The position numbers and the translations under genes were made by a program. A DNA stretch of 64,000 nucleotides from Octopus sinensis. Taxonomy: Eukaryota. The notes beneath the pieces are model-generated. The model was not told the DNA's origin and made no database searches. It saw nothing but the letters and a program-made list of their open reading frames with translations. The stretch is taken from NCBI RefSeq assembly GCF_006345805.1, contig NC_043003.1:74648001-74712000 (forward strand), given 5' to 3'. Shown here one piece after another: positions 11,025-24,576 of the stretch (position 1 is the first letter of the stretch; every line of letters begins with the position of its first letter).

Positions 11025-13309
11025 TATGCTCGACGTTTGCTTTAAATTTGTACAAGTTGGCTTCAAGTCTCACCCAGAGACCTCAAGACACAACAAGGTA
11101 GAAGTTCATGTTGGCGTTATGCCTAGGGTGCCACATATATCGTTTTGTACATAGTGTTGTTCTACAGAATGTTTAAGAAAACATAAGAACATTATGTGTT
11201 TGTTTTAAAACTTGAGATTACATAGAAAGTGTTTTACGTAGGATATGAGCACTATCTGCCATTTTGGGGTTTCCTGTTATTTGAGCTAGATAGCAATCAG
11301 CCCTTTTTATTATCATTCCTAGGGCACCTATGACAACAGGTATAGTTTAAGTCTTCAGGTTCCACATTTTGCCAATTTCTATTTCAAGTTCTTTATATTT
11401 GCTCAGTTTTGGTAGGTCATGACAGATACGTTTGTGTCGATTGGGACAGTCATATCAATGTGGAAACATGATTTTTATCGGATTATTTGCATCTATTTTT
11501 CTGTCAGTTTGAATGATGAACTTCCAGATAAGTGAGATGTGATCATTTGCAAGTACTAGAAATGATTTGTGTTCCCAACAGTCTTTATCATGGAGCAAGT
11601 CCAGGTTTTTAAAAATTACCCCGTGAATATATTGTGCAGCTCTATAATGCCTGTTGCGATACTCTGTGGGCAGAAGAAAACTGCACTTGGAGACATGATC
11701 AATGGTTTCATTTTGTTGTTGAGATACATGACATGTTGGGAAGCTGCCGTTCTTTAATATGCTACCCTGATAGTTCCTCGTAGGTAGGCATTGATCTTGG
11801 GATGCTATGATAAACCCTTCTGGCTCAGATTTTAAGCCAGAAGCCATTAGTCATTGATGGGTAAGGTATTTGTCAACATTGGTATTATTCGCTCTCTTTG
11901 GGTATTGAGAGTTTTTTTCCATTTTTCAGTAAGAATCTCTAAAGTAGCAGTTTTAGCACGGGTTTTCATGCGCTTAGCTCTTTCTCGGCTTGTTTTTCGT
12001 ATGTCTAATTCCGAAATTTGTGGTATTTGGAATTCACTTAGATTTTCCTTTGCCTGTTTTCTAACTGAGTATGATGTTTTCTTGTTTTCATGTTTTGAGA
12101 CAAGTTTTAACATCCAGTCCTCAGAGGTTTTCAGGTAGGTAACTAGGCCAATTGTGGCAATCTTCATTGTTAATGCCAGTTGTAAAAATTCATCGCGTCA
12201 CTTTTTTCTTGGCGGATAAAAATCGTTCAATATCTGCCTTAGGGTGGTGCAATCTATGCATTGTCAACAGTTTTCGTATGTTTCTGTCAAGATTACATAT
12301 TTCAGTAATTGACCACTTAATGATATTGAAACTGTAAGTCACGACTTGTATGAATAAAGCATTGATCGCTTCGCTTCTGTTTCTCGCAACCATTTGTGTC
12401 TTCAGTATTGCTCTCATCCTGCGATAACATTCTCTCCTGATCCTTTTCCTCATCACTGAATGCCTGATTCCGCCCCTTTCAAGTTCCCCCAGATATTTGT
12501 AGCTCTCCGCTAGTTCTAACTCTTTTATGACATTCTGCTTTTCAACATTAACGTTAGATGTTTCTGTCATTTTTTTCTTTGATAAAAGTAGTGTTTGCAC
12601 ATTTATCGAGGCCAAATTGCATTCCGACGTCATCGCCGAATTGTTTAACAATCGCTAGTAAGCCCTTGAGTAGTTCGTCATTTTTTACAAAGAGCTTTAA
12701 ATCATCCATGTAAATGCAATTATTTATATTTTTACCAAACATTTTATAACCGTACTGTGCATCATTGAGCAAATTTGAGAGAGGTATTAAGGTATTAAGG
12801 CTAGACAAAAGTGGAGCGGGGATAGTAAGTCACCCTGGAAAATTCTACAAGAAATGTTTACATCTCCAGCGTTTGGAAATTCATTGTCATTGTTCAAAGT
12901 CACTGTGCTTCTCCATGATCTCATACTTACAGACAAAAAGTTTCGCAGTGTAGGAGCTATTTTATACGTTTCCAGACATTTCTTAATCCAGCTATGTTGT
13001 AGGCTTTTTGATAGTCTATCCAAGCTATTGACAAGTTTTTGGGTCGTTTGTGACAAACTTCTAAGATCATCTTATTGATGAGTAGCTGTTTTTTTACAAC
13101 CATAGGATCCACGTTTACATCATTTTTGCTCATTAGGGAATAAGCTGATGTCTATTAAAAAAACTATGCGTATACTCAGTCAGGACAGATGTTAGCATTT
13201 ATACATTGTTGTTAAGCAGGTTATGGGTCTATAATTTTTTGGTTCATTTGTTTTTTCTTTTTTTGGAAGCAAGTATGTAACATTATTAACTAGCCAAGAG
13301 GCATCATAC

Positions 13310-13310
<1 letters not shown>
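11025..13310 (-). mobile_element. 5'-truncated, frameshifted R4/Dong-like LINE (RT through RLE and 3' UTR)
   Basis: YRPITCLTTMYK, IFQGDLLSPL, YMDDLKLF, GMQFGLDKCA, RAINA..VVTYSF and the knuckle region in successive frames; 5' junction in (TTA)n at 13310-13487. Confidence 0.92.
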
Positions 13311-13367
<57 letters not shown>

Positions 13368-13382
13368 TATTATTATTATTAT

Positions 13383-13413
<31 letters not shown>

Positions 13414-13433
13414 ATTATTATTATTATTATTAC

Positions 13434-13485
<52 letters not shown>

Positions 13486-13587
13486 TCTCTTTATCACATG
13501 TTTTGTTGGAGTTCCTCGAGTTATGCCTGCGTAACGGACTCGCTACCTGCAGTCAATGGTACCATGATATCCATTTTTTCAGCTAGT

Positions 13588-14410
13588 TATTATTGTCATT
13601 ATTATTATTATTAATCCTATATACTCAACAGATTAGACTTTTGGAATGAAAAGAATCCTAACGTCGAGCTAAAACAAGTAGCCTATTGGATTACAGCAAG
13701 TAACTGTAGATGCTTAGAACTCCGATAAGTATGCTAGCTGTCCCTAATAACACTGTTTTCTGGGTTTTCTTCCAATTTCCTCTTTTCAAATGTTCAGATC
13801 TTTATTGATAGTTTCTAATGCACCTATAAATACTGGGATACATTTTACCCGCGCTTTTCATAGACCCTGCAATTTGAAGCTAGGTCTTGGTAATTTGGTC
13901 TATTTTCTTTACGTCTCATATTAATTTTTCCTTCATTTGTGACTGTAAAGTCAATTATCTGGCACTTTTTATTCTCTTTATCTATTACTACCAAATCAGT
14001 CTTTCTAGCACCTACTACGCTGTCTGTCTGAATGCTAAAATCCCACAACATCTTGCATTTCTTACTTTCTAGTATTTTACCAGATTCATGTTCATATTAT
14101 CTATCAGTATGTTCAAATCCAAGCTTTCTACACAGCTCCCAGTGGATTACTCTCCTTAGATTGTACTTGTTTTTTTTTCTATCTTGCTTTTTATCCAATT
14201 ATTTATTAATGCTTGATCTTGTGCAGCTACTAATAAACTTCTGTCTCCCTCTTCGGCTTTCCTTTCCGCAGCCATAACCATGTCTCACTAATTCCATTTG
14301 CTGAAATATCTGTAGGAATCTACCATGCAACGCATTCTCCTGCCAGTCAGATAATCTCTGTTCTTTTCTCCGGTTTTAACTTCGTTTGGTATTTTGGTTT
14401 CCCTATAATT
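13588..14410 (-). mobile_element. Second R4/Dong-like subfamily, decayed 3' fragment
   Basis: LWDFSIQTD..ARKTDLVVIDKENKKCQIIDFTV and terminal QKTVLLGTASIL; (TAA)n tail near 13590-13615. Confidence 0.8.
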
Positions 14411-14795
14411 GTTGTTGTTGTTGTTATCTTTTTAAGCTATAATTTACTGCTATTTGATAGTTTTGAAATGTTTTAATATTTTAAAAAAATAATATTAGTC
14501 TTATTGGACTCGTTCTTCATTTACATCTGATTTACTGGAGTTGTAGTAAGTAGAATTCCTTGCATTCAGATTCGAAAAGACAGAATACGCATACATCAAC
14601 ACACTCACATACATACTTCACAAACACATATACTTTTTGTCTGTAAGTCATATATATTCATTTTTACGTTAATCAATAATGCAAAGCTATTTTATAGTAC
14701 AGACAGGTGTATACATACACACACATACACACATATATATATATATATATATATGTAAATTATAATATGCATATATATATCTATATCTAACTATC

Positions 14796-14840
<45 letters not shown>

Positions 14841-14846
14841 CTATAT

Positions 14847-14882
<36 letters not shown>

Positions 14883-15016
14883 CATATGTAACACACACAC
14901 ACACATGTACGCAGACACATTTACGCATACACTCTAGCATCAAATTTTAGTATTCTGGACTGAAATCTATCTACTTTCTCAACACTAAATATTTGCTCTA
15001 AAATATTCTGTCACAG

Positions 15017-15045
15017 CGTGTCTCTTGGTGGGACGGGTCACAATA
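15017..15045 (+). CDS. Candidate 29-nt microexon (unidentified)
   Basis: TATTCTGTCACAG|exon|GTAAGT; GC-rich; all three frames open. Splice signals only. Confidence 0.2.
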
Positions 15046-15334
15046 GTAAGTAGCCTTAGCAGTATAAACTTTAAGATCGCTTCTTTACTCTTTCATGCTG
15101 GATTGCCTCGTTACTGTATGACTGCTGTCTGATTAAGATGACAAAGGAAAAACATATTTGGAATTATATACCGATAAAGTAAATCGCCACATTAAAGTGT
15201 GTTTAGTTACTACTCTATCACTTTTTGAGATTTTACAACTAGCTATTTTGCTTGAATTATATATTCACTTCCAACAAAGTAATTATATGAAAGAATGCCT
15301 AAATTAATATACCAGCAATGAAGAGGAAGAAATT

Positions 15335-15370
15335 AAGTCACAGATTTCGTTCAGTCTCATCAGTTGGTAA
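15335..15370 (-). ncRNA. Degenerate hammerhead core
   Basis: Minus strand CUGAUGA-G-ACUGAA-C-GAAA-UCUGUGAC has all core nucleotides and a G-C closing pair, but stems I and III are poorly paired. Confidence 0.3.
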
Positions 15371-15546
15371 AAAGACAATTCAATTTTGTACTACACTTTA
15401 CGGGTGTTCGTTAATGCATAGCTGGAACTTATGCTAGAGCACTCTTGTAATGATAGTTCATGGATATTAACTTTGTAATAAGCTTTGGATTCTTTTGTTG
15501 GTAGCTAAGTGACCTGATGTTTCCATAATAAACGGAAAGTCAAGTA

Positions 15547-15599
<53 letters not shown>

Positions 15600-16559
15600 T
15601 AGAAATATATAGAAATATATATACATACATATATGTATATATGCTAAGCATATCTCTTCAGTCGTTGTTGTATAACATTATAGAGGTTGTGCTAAAACTT
15701 TTTAATTGATTTTATGCGAGTTATATGATGAAGCCATTTTACATTAATTGTTATTATCGTTGATTGAAACATATTTCTGACAATAAATTTTAAAGTGCTA
15801 TTAATCTGGTAACGCTTGTGTTTCACCTGATGATCGTACTGCATTCAAAACCATGTCTCTATACATAAACATGAACAAATAAGCACACACAAAATGAATC
15901 ATGCATATGCATACAAGTATACACACATATTCACATATACTATATCTAGAGCTATATTTGTATGTGTATATAAATCGATTGTCAAATTAATTCCATGACA
16001 TATGTGTGAGCGTGTGTGAGTGTGTGTTTATGTGTGTAAGTGTGCGTGAGTGTGTGTTTATGTGTGTGTGCGTATGTGTGTATATGTGTATGTGTGTGTG
16101 TAAATATATGTTTATACAAACAAATATACATTCTCTCACTTGTAGTAAATAGGCGAGATGTGCAGTTGAGCAGTTATTACCTTACATCTCCGGTGTGGGA
16201 TACACCTCCCCAGATGACTGTTTAAACATATTTCTTCGGTATATACTTTCGCAATTTCACTCGGTTTAATTGTCTATACGTATATGTATGCATCATTCCA
16301 GCAATTTAAAGACATAACTAAAATCATTAATTCAGTGAGCAGCATGATACATTTGCAGTTGAAATACCAAATACCTAGATACAAAATAGGGAAATAAAGT
16401 GGAAGCAAAAATATAAACAATAATGCATGGATACTAAAAGATTCCAATCGGATTACGGCTGGCCATGTGAAAGAATGTGCAGAAACGATCATAGTGATTT
16501 TAAATTAGGAATCTCGCTAATTCCATTTTAATTCGTTTAGATATTGATATAAACTCTGC

Positions 16560-17200
16560 AAATACTATTTCATTTCTGCAGCATATCCATTAGTATATGC
16601 ATGTTAACTCTATCACATGACTTAAAGATACAGTCACAACTTATGACTAACCACTTCACTCAATGGAGATACCTTACCATCGTTATTCATATCGCCTTCA
16701 CCCATGAACGATCTATTGACTGTGCATCCGTTCTCTCTTCCTGCACTCACCCAAAACTTTCCGTTTCGTATATCACGCCATCTACACCATCCCTTCAACG
16801 CATCATTTTACGTGCTTACCTCCGACTTCAACCTTATTACTCCTCCTCCCACACCTGCCTCAACTCTCCTCCTTTTTTTATAAGCGCCCATAACCTACGT
16901 GGCCTTCTGGTCCATAGCTTCTTCCTCAATCTAGGCAACCAGCTTGGCTCCTTGGTCAAACTGGCCGGCGTTTAGTTGACCGATTTGTCGATATCTCGGG
17001 GATGTCAAATTCGGTAATGACACCTGGGCCTCGTGCCTCTTCCACTTGACCGGTCATTCCATGCAACATCAGCCTGTATTTGGAATGAATTTGCACAAAG
17101 CCTATCCGAAATCCTTCTTTTGTCGAGAACAGGAATTTATTTTCTCTCTTCAGTCTTCAGTCTTTTATAGACTCAATTTGTCACTTCTCTTCATATAAAC
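16560..17200 (+). mobile_element. Decayed Penelope-like element 3' region (GIY-YIG endonuclease)
   Basis: Translated remnants PSLQRIILR, LGQTGRRLVDRFVD, GDVKFGNDT and CREQEFIFSLQS match the C-terminal GIY-YIG region of Penelope-like elements; frameshifted. Confidence 0.7.
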
Positions 17201-18089
17201 CCAACTTCACATACATTTACACACACTACAGACATCTAAAACGTTATACTCCACATATTCTTTATCCAACAGCCCGATATTCACACACAAACTGAAAACA
17301 GGAACATGGAAATTCGTTCACAAACATATACACACATAAAGACACACAATATTAAAGCATAAACAAACATAATACGCATGCACACCACGGTGTAACACAT
17401 GCACAAATACATACGCATATGTTCTACTGTCTCTTACTGACATACACCTAAAGTCGACAGAAGAACACACAAGCAACCACGCATGCTACTCTTACAAATA
17501 TACACGCACAGTCAAGCTGCTATACATGCATGATTTTAGAACAGCGCACACACACACATCGCCTTGACACATGTGTACATATAGGTGCACACGTGAGTAC
17601 CTAAACATACACATACACATGCTCACATAATTTTCATACTCACACATTCTCTCATCATACATAGTTATATACTGGTCCACTCTCCTTCTCGCTAGTACGA
17701 TAGGCCAAGTCAGTGCATTGCTGCTTTCATCAATTGTCGGTATATTTTCGGGTCCTTCTCAACCCGTGTCCCAGTCCGTCCATATCTCCGTGAGATACCA
17801 CCTCATCTGCTATGACCATATGGGATATGGCCAACAAATACGGGCCGTCAACCCAGCCGGATTCTAAGTGAAGAAAACACGGTAGGCATGATCAAAATGG
17901 GGAAATAGTGGAAGATGGCCAGACACTCTCAGCTGTTCGCTATATTCGTAGTATAACTCGTTATAAATATTTAGTTGTTAAAGGTGAATCTGGAAATGCA
18001 GGAAGGAACTCATATTACGTAGGAATATATGCACACACATGTTCAAACATATAAACTCATAGAAAATTAATCACTCTTATGCACTGAGA

Positions 18090-18310
18090 TATAAGGGTTG
18101 CTGAACGTTTCCTGGCCTTTGGTAAAGGAAAATACAGCAGGATCGGTTAGTTATGATTTTATTCAACAGATCCTCCTCTCAGATTCACAGATTTATTGCA
18201 GCAGTCTTTCAGCTTTTCTAAGCCCAGTAAAAGAACTCGAAAAGTTAAAACTCCAGCCAGGCCTTCCTCGATACCCTGAAAGCCCGGAACTTTCAGCATC
18301 CTCTTGTATA
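18090..18310. mobile_element. Mariner-type MITE
   Basis: Imperfect TIRs TATAAGGGTTGCTGAACGTTTCCTGGC / GCCCGGAACTTTCAGCATCCTCTTGTATA with TA at the ends; no ORF. Confidence 0.65.
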
Positions 18311-20961
18311 TAAAGTCGACAATATTCAAGTTTATCGATGTATGCTTTCAATAATGTATTCTGGCAGTAATTATACATATTAATGCTTGCAAACGTATAT
18401 ACACATATATTTCACTTTTCCACAAGTAGAGACATGTACAAACATAGTTACGGGAAAATAGACATGATGGTCACAGCTGGTGTATTGGTGGCAATAAAGT
18501 TTGATCAGGCTGGGTTGGTATGGGATATCAATAATAACGCACCATCAGTAAATCAACACTACATAAGCGATACTGAGCTTCATCATTTATAAGTAATATT
18601 GATGGACACATATCCAAGTACTCAATAACCAGATTGCCATTGCATTCAACGGCGAGTACATCCTGAGTTGCGAAGCGTACTTTAAAGCTTAATGCTGCAG
18701 ATGCAGGAGAAAAAAATGAAGTGTTGTTGGGAACATGCAAAGTACTAACGTCTTGGCTGCTTGTCAATTCAATTCCCAGTCTGTCTAGTAGAGGGATTTC
18801 GCTCGAGCTTTGTCGCAGGGTCCCGATAAATGGGACTCTAAGTCACAGTCAGTAACATAATTCAGTCTTAAACGAAGGGAGCAAAGGTCAATATAATGCA
18901 AGAAATAACTCTGAACGAAAGAAAAAAATTCTCAGTCTGTAAATGTTTATGACTAGGATACATTCATAAAGTAAATCAGCTTCACCAGTGATGACCTGGA
19001 GGTAAACACTACACTATATGAAGTCTGATCAGAAAGTATCGGTAAAGGAATCCGTTGCTATGGTGAGCTATTGCAGTTTTAATATACTCAAACTCTGCTG
19101 TAATTCTAAAAACACTTGACATTTCCTCTATTAATAATAATGTATTCCATAATTAATTTAGCAAGAATATACTATGCATCTACCAGCATAAATATATACT
19201 CAGCAGTTTCTATAATACTAATATATTCAACAGCTACTGACCTACCAATTTATGCAACATCTGCACCTGTATTGCCAATCTGCTCAAAATCTACTCCAGT
19301 AGTATATCAAATATGGTTCCAATCTACCAAACAGCCACTGTCGTACCAATCTACGTAGCATCAAGTCTCGAACAGACAGTGGAACCGAAATTATATTAAC
19401 AGGATCATTAATCTATAAACAATATTATATTTCTCATTTTATTCTTAATATTATATTTCGTCTATTTTTCAATTTATATGCTTTAATTTCTTCTGTTTGA
19501 TTAGTACGTTCTTCATTTAGGGTGGAGTTTTCTTTTGCTTTATCTATTTTACTTCGTTGATGGCTTCTTCAATCAATTGATCGATATTTGCACTCTTATT
19601 GATTTATTGATCTGTGAGAAATGATCGAAATACATCGATTGATTGTTTACTCTGTCTGGCCCGTTTCTATTCATCTCTTTATTGGAAAAGATGAAGAAAA
19701 ACATATTTTCTGTTTGTGTTTTCTCTTACCATTTCATTGATTGATAGAAGATATTAAAACACACAGACACGCTCACACACATACAAACAAACAAACAAAC
19801 ACACACGCGCGCATACTCAAACGTATGCACACACACTTATTCAGGCGTGCATATGCGTGTGTATTACCGGGTGTTTGCAGATGTGCGCACGGAGTGAGAT
19901 GGCGCGTACGCGCGAATGTGTACGCGCATGTTATCTGAACTCGTGTGAAAGATAGAAATAGTGAAAAAAAATATATATATCGAAAGACATTTGCACTCAA
20001 ATATTTTCTCAAGCCCATGTATGAGAGAGAAGGCTTCTACATCAATTGAATATTTCCAGATGACTGACGCGTCTTTTTTTGCTTCCAATCTAAATACATA
20101 TATATAAACAAACATAAATTCATACAAACATACGTTTATAGCTTTATTTATCTATACACAATCACACACACACAGATGCTCGCACACTCACACAAACACG
20201 TACACATACACAGACACACACATATATATATATATATAATGATATATAACTATATACACAGACACAGATACACAGAAACACCAGAAAACACACACAGAGG
20301 CATGCGAACGCAAAATAAAGCAACATATGCTCTAATTACAACTATACGCCTCATGCGCACATATAATCATAGATAATCTTTTGTACACATTAAATATTTA
20401 CACACAACGTTGGTTTATAATACTATGCATGTGTATGTGTGAGTGTGCGTGTATGCGTGTGTATGTATGTATGCATGCATGCATGCATGTATGTATGTGC
20501 TTATTTAAGCATGTCTATATCTCTGTGTCTGTGTATGTACATTATATAATACTGAATGTTCTATATACGAACCAGAAACTTTTCTGTGGAAGTTATAATT
20601 TTTATAGTCTCAAATGTTTGTTAAATGGTATATTTTTCGCTTATTCTTTTATATGTTTCAACTCAAAGGCTGGGGCAATACTGGGGCTTCGCCAGTTTGT
20701 TGCAATACATATATCACAAAATGTTTGGTTAAGAATTGCTATAAATCTGAGCTTCAATCAATTGGCTTCTGATTAAAGTATAAAATTCAAATATGGCATA
20801 TATGGTTCCGTGTGTTTGGCATTACATTAATCAAGTAAGCCGTTCCACCTCTAACAGGCAGCACAGTAACATCGGCTCAGTTCTTTCATATGTCTTTTGG
20901 AGAATTTGCTAGGGGATTGCTATCAGGAAGCTCTTTCAGCGTATGAGTATTTTTAGTTACG

Positions 20962-21058
<97 letters not shown>

Positions 21059-21059
<1 letters not shown>

Positions 21060-21270
21060 GAGGGAGATAATTGAATATTAATTTAATTATTTTCAATTTA
21101 AAACCAGTAGCCTAGCATACAAAAATCTGAAAAATCAGAGAAAATTCTAATACATGTGTATATTTAAAGAGATAAAATACCACTATATGGTCAGCCGTAT
21201 GCTAGAAGGTGATCTACTTCTAGCATACGGCTGATCACATAATGGTTTTTTAGCCCTTTAAATATACATA
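21059..21270. repeat. TGAGGG-terminated repeat between (TA)n tracts, with a perfect 18-bp hairpin
   Basis: TCAGCCGTATGCTAGAAG (21191-21208) and CTTCTAGCATACGGCTGA (21217-21234) are exact reverse complements; layout resembles the 32201-33679 unit ends. Confidence 0.55.
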
Positions 21271-21284
21271 TATATATATATATA

Positions 21285-22150
21285 TTATGTCTGGGGAGAG
21301 TTATTTTCTTTCTATGGGGCTCATTTCTCTGATTCAGGTCTATAACACCCCAAACCATGATACTTTGGTCACCCTACTCTATGACACATGCGTCTCTGTG
21401 GCATTCACTCCTCGTACGCCACTCCCTCACTTTGCCATCCGAGGTGGAAACGCAGTACGGATTTCGTCAGAGATGACTGCCGACCTGCATTGTTGATGCC
21501 GCTAGTGTCGAGTGCTGTGAGTCGTGCCTACGGTAGCAGGTGGTGAGGACAGGTTCTCGAGCAGTACGACGGAAACACAGGCTTTTGGCGGCCAGTCGAC
21601 GTCGTACTATGTAATCGCTGATGGGCCGCTGTCCAGTGCCAATGTTCTCGTGAGTTATCACACTGGCTGTTCTGAAGCGATCACAGAGTTAATTGCAGGT
21701 GGATGAAGCGGTCCTGCCTGAGAGTGGTCACGCGGGCGTGCCTTCTGGGGGCACGATCTTCAGTGCTGGTGATGTTGTTGCATCGCAGTTGCAGGCGATA
21801 GATGGTGCTGACATGGACATTGTAAGCTTTCGCAAAAACTAGAATACACTGCCCTGCTTGCAATCGGCCGATATATTGTACTCTCTGCGCTGCTAATAAT
21901 CGGGACATACGCGATGTGTCCAATTTACAAATCTGTCCTCTATTAACCAATAAGGTGGAAAAACAGATTGGACACTACGAGGACAGACAAACCATCACAA
22001 ACTAATGGGTGGGGGAAAAGGAATGATAAATGCATTCATGATACAAGATGAAAATGCGAAATTATGACTATTGGAACCTCACAACACACGCAACATCATT
22101 GAACCCAGTACAATCCATTAACATACATGCACAATTATATGCTTAAAAAG
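21285..22150 (-). mobile_element. Decayed, truncated Tc1-like transposon (N-terminal HTH to first catalytic D)
   Basis: AYNVHVSTIYRLQ..RHARVTTLRQDRFI, VRRRL, (F)SDE and SIMVWGV motifs in shifted frames; lost 3' of the MVWG motif at a TA tract. Confidence 0.85.
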
Positions 22151-22279
22151 TTTACAAATTGACTTTCTTTTTCTTTCTTTTTATATTTCTATCCTTTCAT
22201 TTTTTCTTTCCTCCTCTCGTTTTCATTCCTTTTGTTTGTTTTTTTTTTAAATCAGTTACTCTACAATAACAAGTTTGTC

Positions 22280-22750
22280 TAATTCCCTTTGGTCTACTGC
22301 TGGAGGAAGCGAATCAATTACCAACTCCACTCACAAGGGACCAGCGTCTGATACAAATGTCCTTTCCAATTCACGGTGGCTTTTCCTGTCAATGAGCACA
22401 CATCTTATATTAAGGGAAACAACCCCGCCCGGCATTTTAATCTTTATAATTGACTGTAATTCTTCTATTTTTTACGTTAGTGCTGCTTTCCTTACCTCGT
22501 ATAAAAATACAAAAGTGGGTTTGGCAGCACCTGCCTTCCACTCTTACTCTCAGTTTCTACTCGCCTACTACTATGGTGTATACGATGGCGTCCAGGTCTC
22601 TGGGGCAGCCTGGTTGACCATTTCCAGTGCGTGCCACAGCTAGTTCCGCGCTGGCACTCTCGTGGCCTGGAGGAATGTCGCATCTTCCTACAAGCCCAAC
22701 ACTATCACCGCCACTAGCCAAGCAAAATCCACCTCCGGTGATATTCAAGA
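22280..22750 (-). mobile_element. GC-rich decayed retroelement-like fragment (possibly an L1/Tx1 ORF1-ORF2 junction)
   Basis: MPGGVVSLNIRC resembles the start of an APE domain (xSLNVxG); otherwise weak. Confidence 0.25.
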
Positions 22751-23770
22751 AACGAGAGAGAAAAAAGTAGCTGTAAAGAGCATTAGAAATTAGTATGTGT
22801 GTATATATGTGGGTGTTTATTTTCATATATATGTATGTACATAGAGATATATAGAACCACATGCACATATGTATTTATTCGTGTGCATAATGACTGCTAA
22901 GTGACTAAATGGCTGAATGATTCGTTCATTTTATTGAGCCTTGCAGGAAATACTCTTGCTCATGTTGATGCTGTTCGTACTAACGTACCTACACTTATAT
23001 GTAGATATACATAGACGCTCGCGCGCGTGAACGCTCACACAGTCGCATACGCAAACACACTACATATGTGTGTGTGTCTATGTGTGCTTATGTATGCGCG
23101 TTTTATTAGTGTATATTTATTAAATAATTAGTGAGACTACTGCGTGTTAAGCTCTACTGAGTATTGGTGAAGATAATATTCTATTGTATTGCTCTCTCTC
23201 GTTGTATAGTGCACAAAAATCATTAATACCGAAAAACGGACAACGGTGCTATTTAAACTTCGAATTTACTAGAACATAATTAATACTAATATCATTATAC
23301 TCAACCAAACATCTTCAAAACCCTGCTCTAAGTACCAGTCCTGGAAATGCTATTATTACTGTACCTTACACATATTAGTGTAGATTACCAACGATTAGCG
23401 ATATCTTGGACTACTTATATCTAATTATATATCTTTATATATATATTAGTTGCATACATCATTATGAAGACTCAAAAAGATCACGAGTGTGGAATCACCA
23501 TTTCAAATTTGGGTCTTTTTTTCACTCCAATATTATTACTATTAAAGATGTTAATGGAATTGGCAAAAACGGATTTGTGTCAGTGTTCACTGACAAATGC
23601 CGGACTAAAATTCTATAGTCATTTTATTTTGTGTTCGTTTGTTTATTAACGTTCTTAATTGCATGAGAATCGTTAAATAAGTAATAATAATCAAGTAGCG
23701 AAAATTCCTCGATCTCGCTCCCACTAGACTAGTTTTTATTCTGTGGAAAATTTAGAAATCAGTTTTGTAG

Positions 23771-23844
23771 CTTTCCAGTCGGTGAATTGGTAGAGATATC
23801 GATGTACAGTTCACAATGCCTTCTGGCAATTTGTACGAATATCA
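23771..23844 (+). CDS. Candidate internal exon, FPVGELVEISMYSSQCLLAICTNI
   Basis: TTTTGTAG|74 nt|GTAAGA; a single open frame (phase 2 to 1). Confidence 0.2.
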
Positions 23845-24191
23845 GTAAGATGAACTTTTGTTTTCATCTTCACGCAAAAGTTAAATATAGTACCGATCAA
23901 GAACTAAGTGCACGATTCCTTTGTGTTTCCGATAAAGTAGAGTTTTGTGAAAAGAGCCAACTACACACTATTCCGCGAAGTTTACATGACAGTTTGAAGT
24001 GCTTATCATATACGCCATCAGGGATCGTCCTTTGATCATCTTAACAAAACGAAGAAATTGCGATTTATATTATTCTGACCAGTAGAACCTATAAGTAAAT
24101 CCTTCTAAATTCAGCTACCTTAGCAACAAGTACTAATTTTGTACTGACGTTGCTTTAAATGATCGTAACAAATCCCTAATTTTGTAGGCTT

Positions 24192-24339
24192 GAATACACA
24201 TGCATACATGCATACACACATACCTACATACATGCATACATGCATACATGCATACATGCATACATACATACATACATACATACATACATACATACATACA
24301 TACATACATACATACATACATACATACATACTACATACA

Positions 24340-24371
<32 letters not shown>

Positions 24372-24389
24372 CATACATACATACATACA

Positions 24390-24420
<31 letters not shown>

Positions 24421-24576
24421 CATACATACATACAACATACATACATACATACATACATACATACATACATACATACATACATACATACATACATACATAC
24501 ATACATACATACATACATACATACATACATACATACATACATACATACATACATACATACATACATACATACATAC
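24192..24576. repeat. (CATA)n tetranucleotide microsatellite, ~385 bp
   Basis: Direct run; source of the spurious YIHT/MYVC ORFs. Confidence 0.97.

Noticed and set aside
17690-17940. GC-rich segment resembling an interspersed repeat
   Set aside because: No termini, ORF or second copy in the window to classify it.
18420-18850. Complex, moderately GC-rich segment with 69-79-aa ORFs on both strands
   Set aside because: No motif recognised and no consistent splice-bounded open frame; probably an old repeat.
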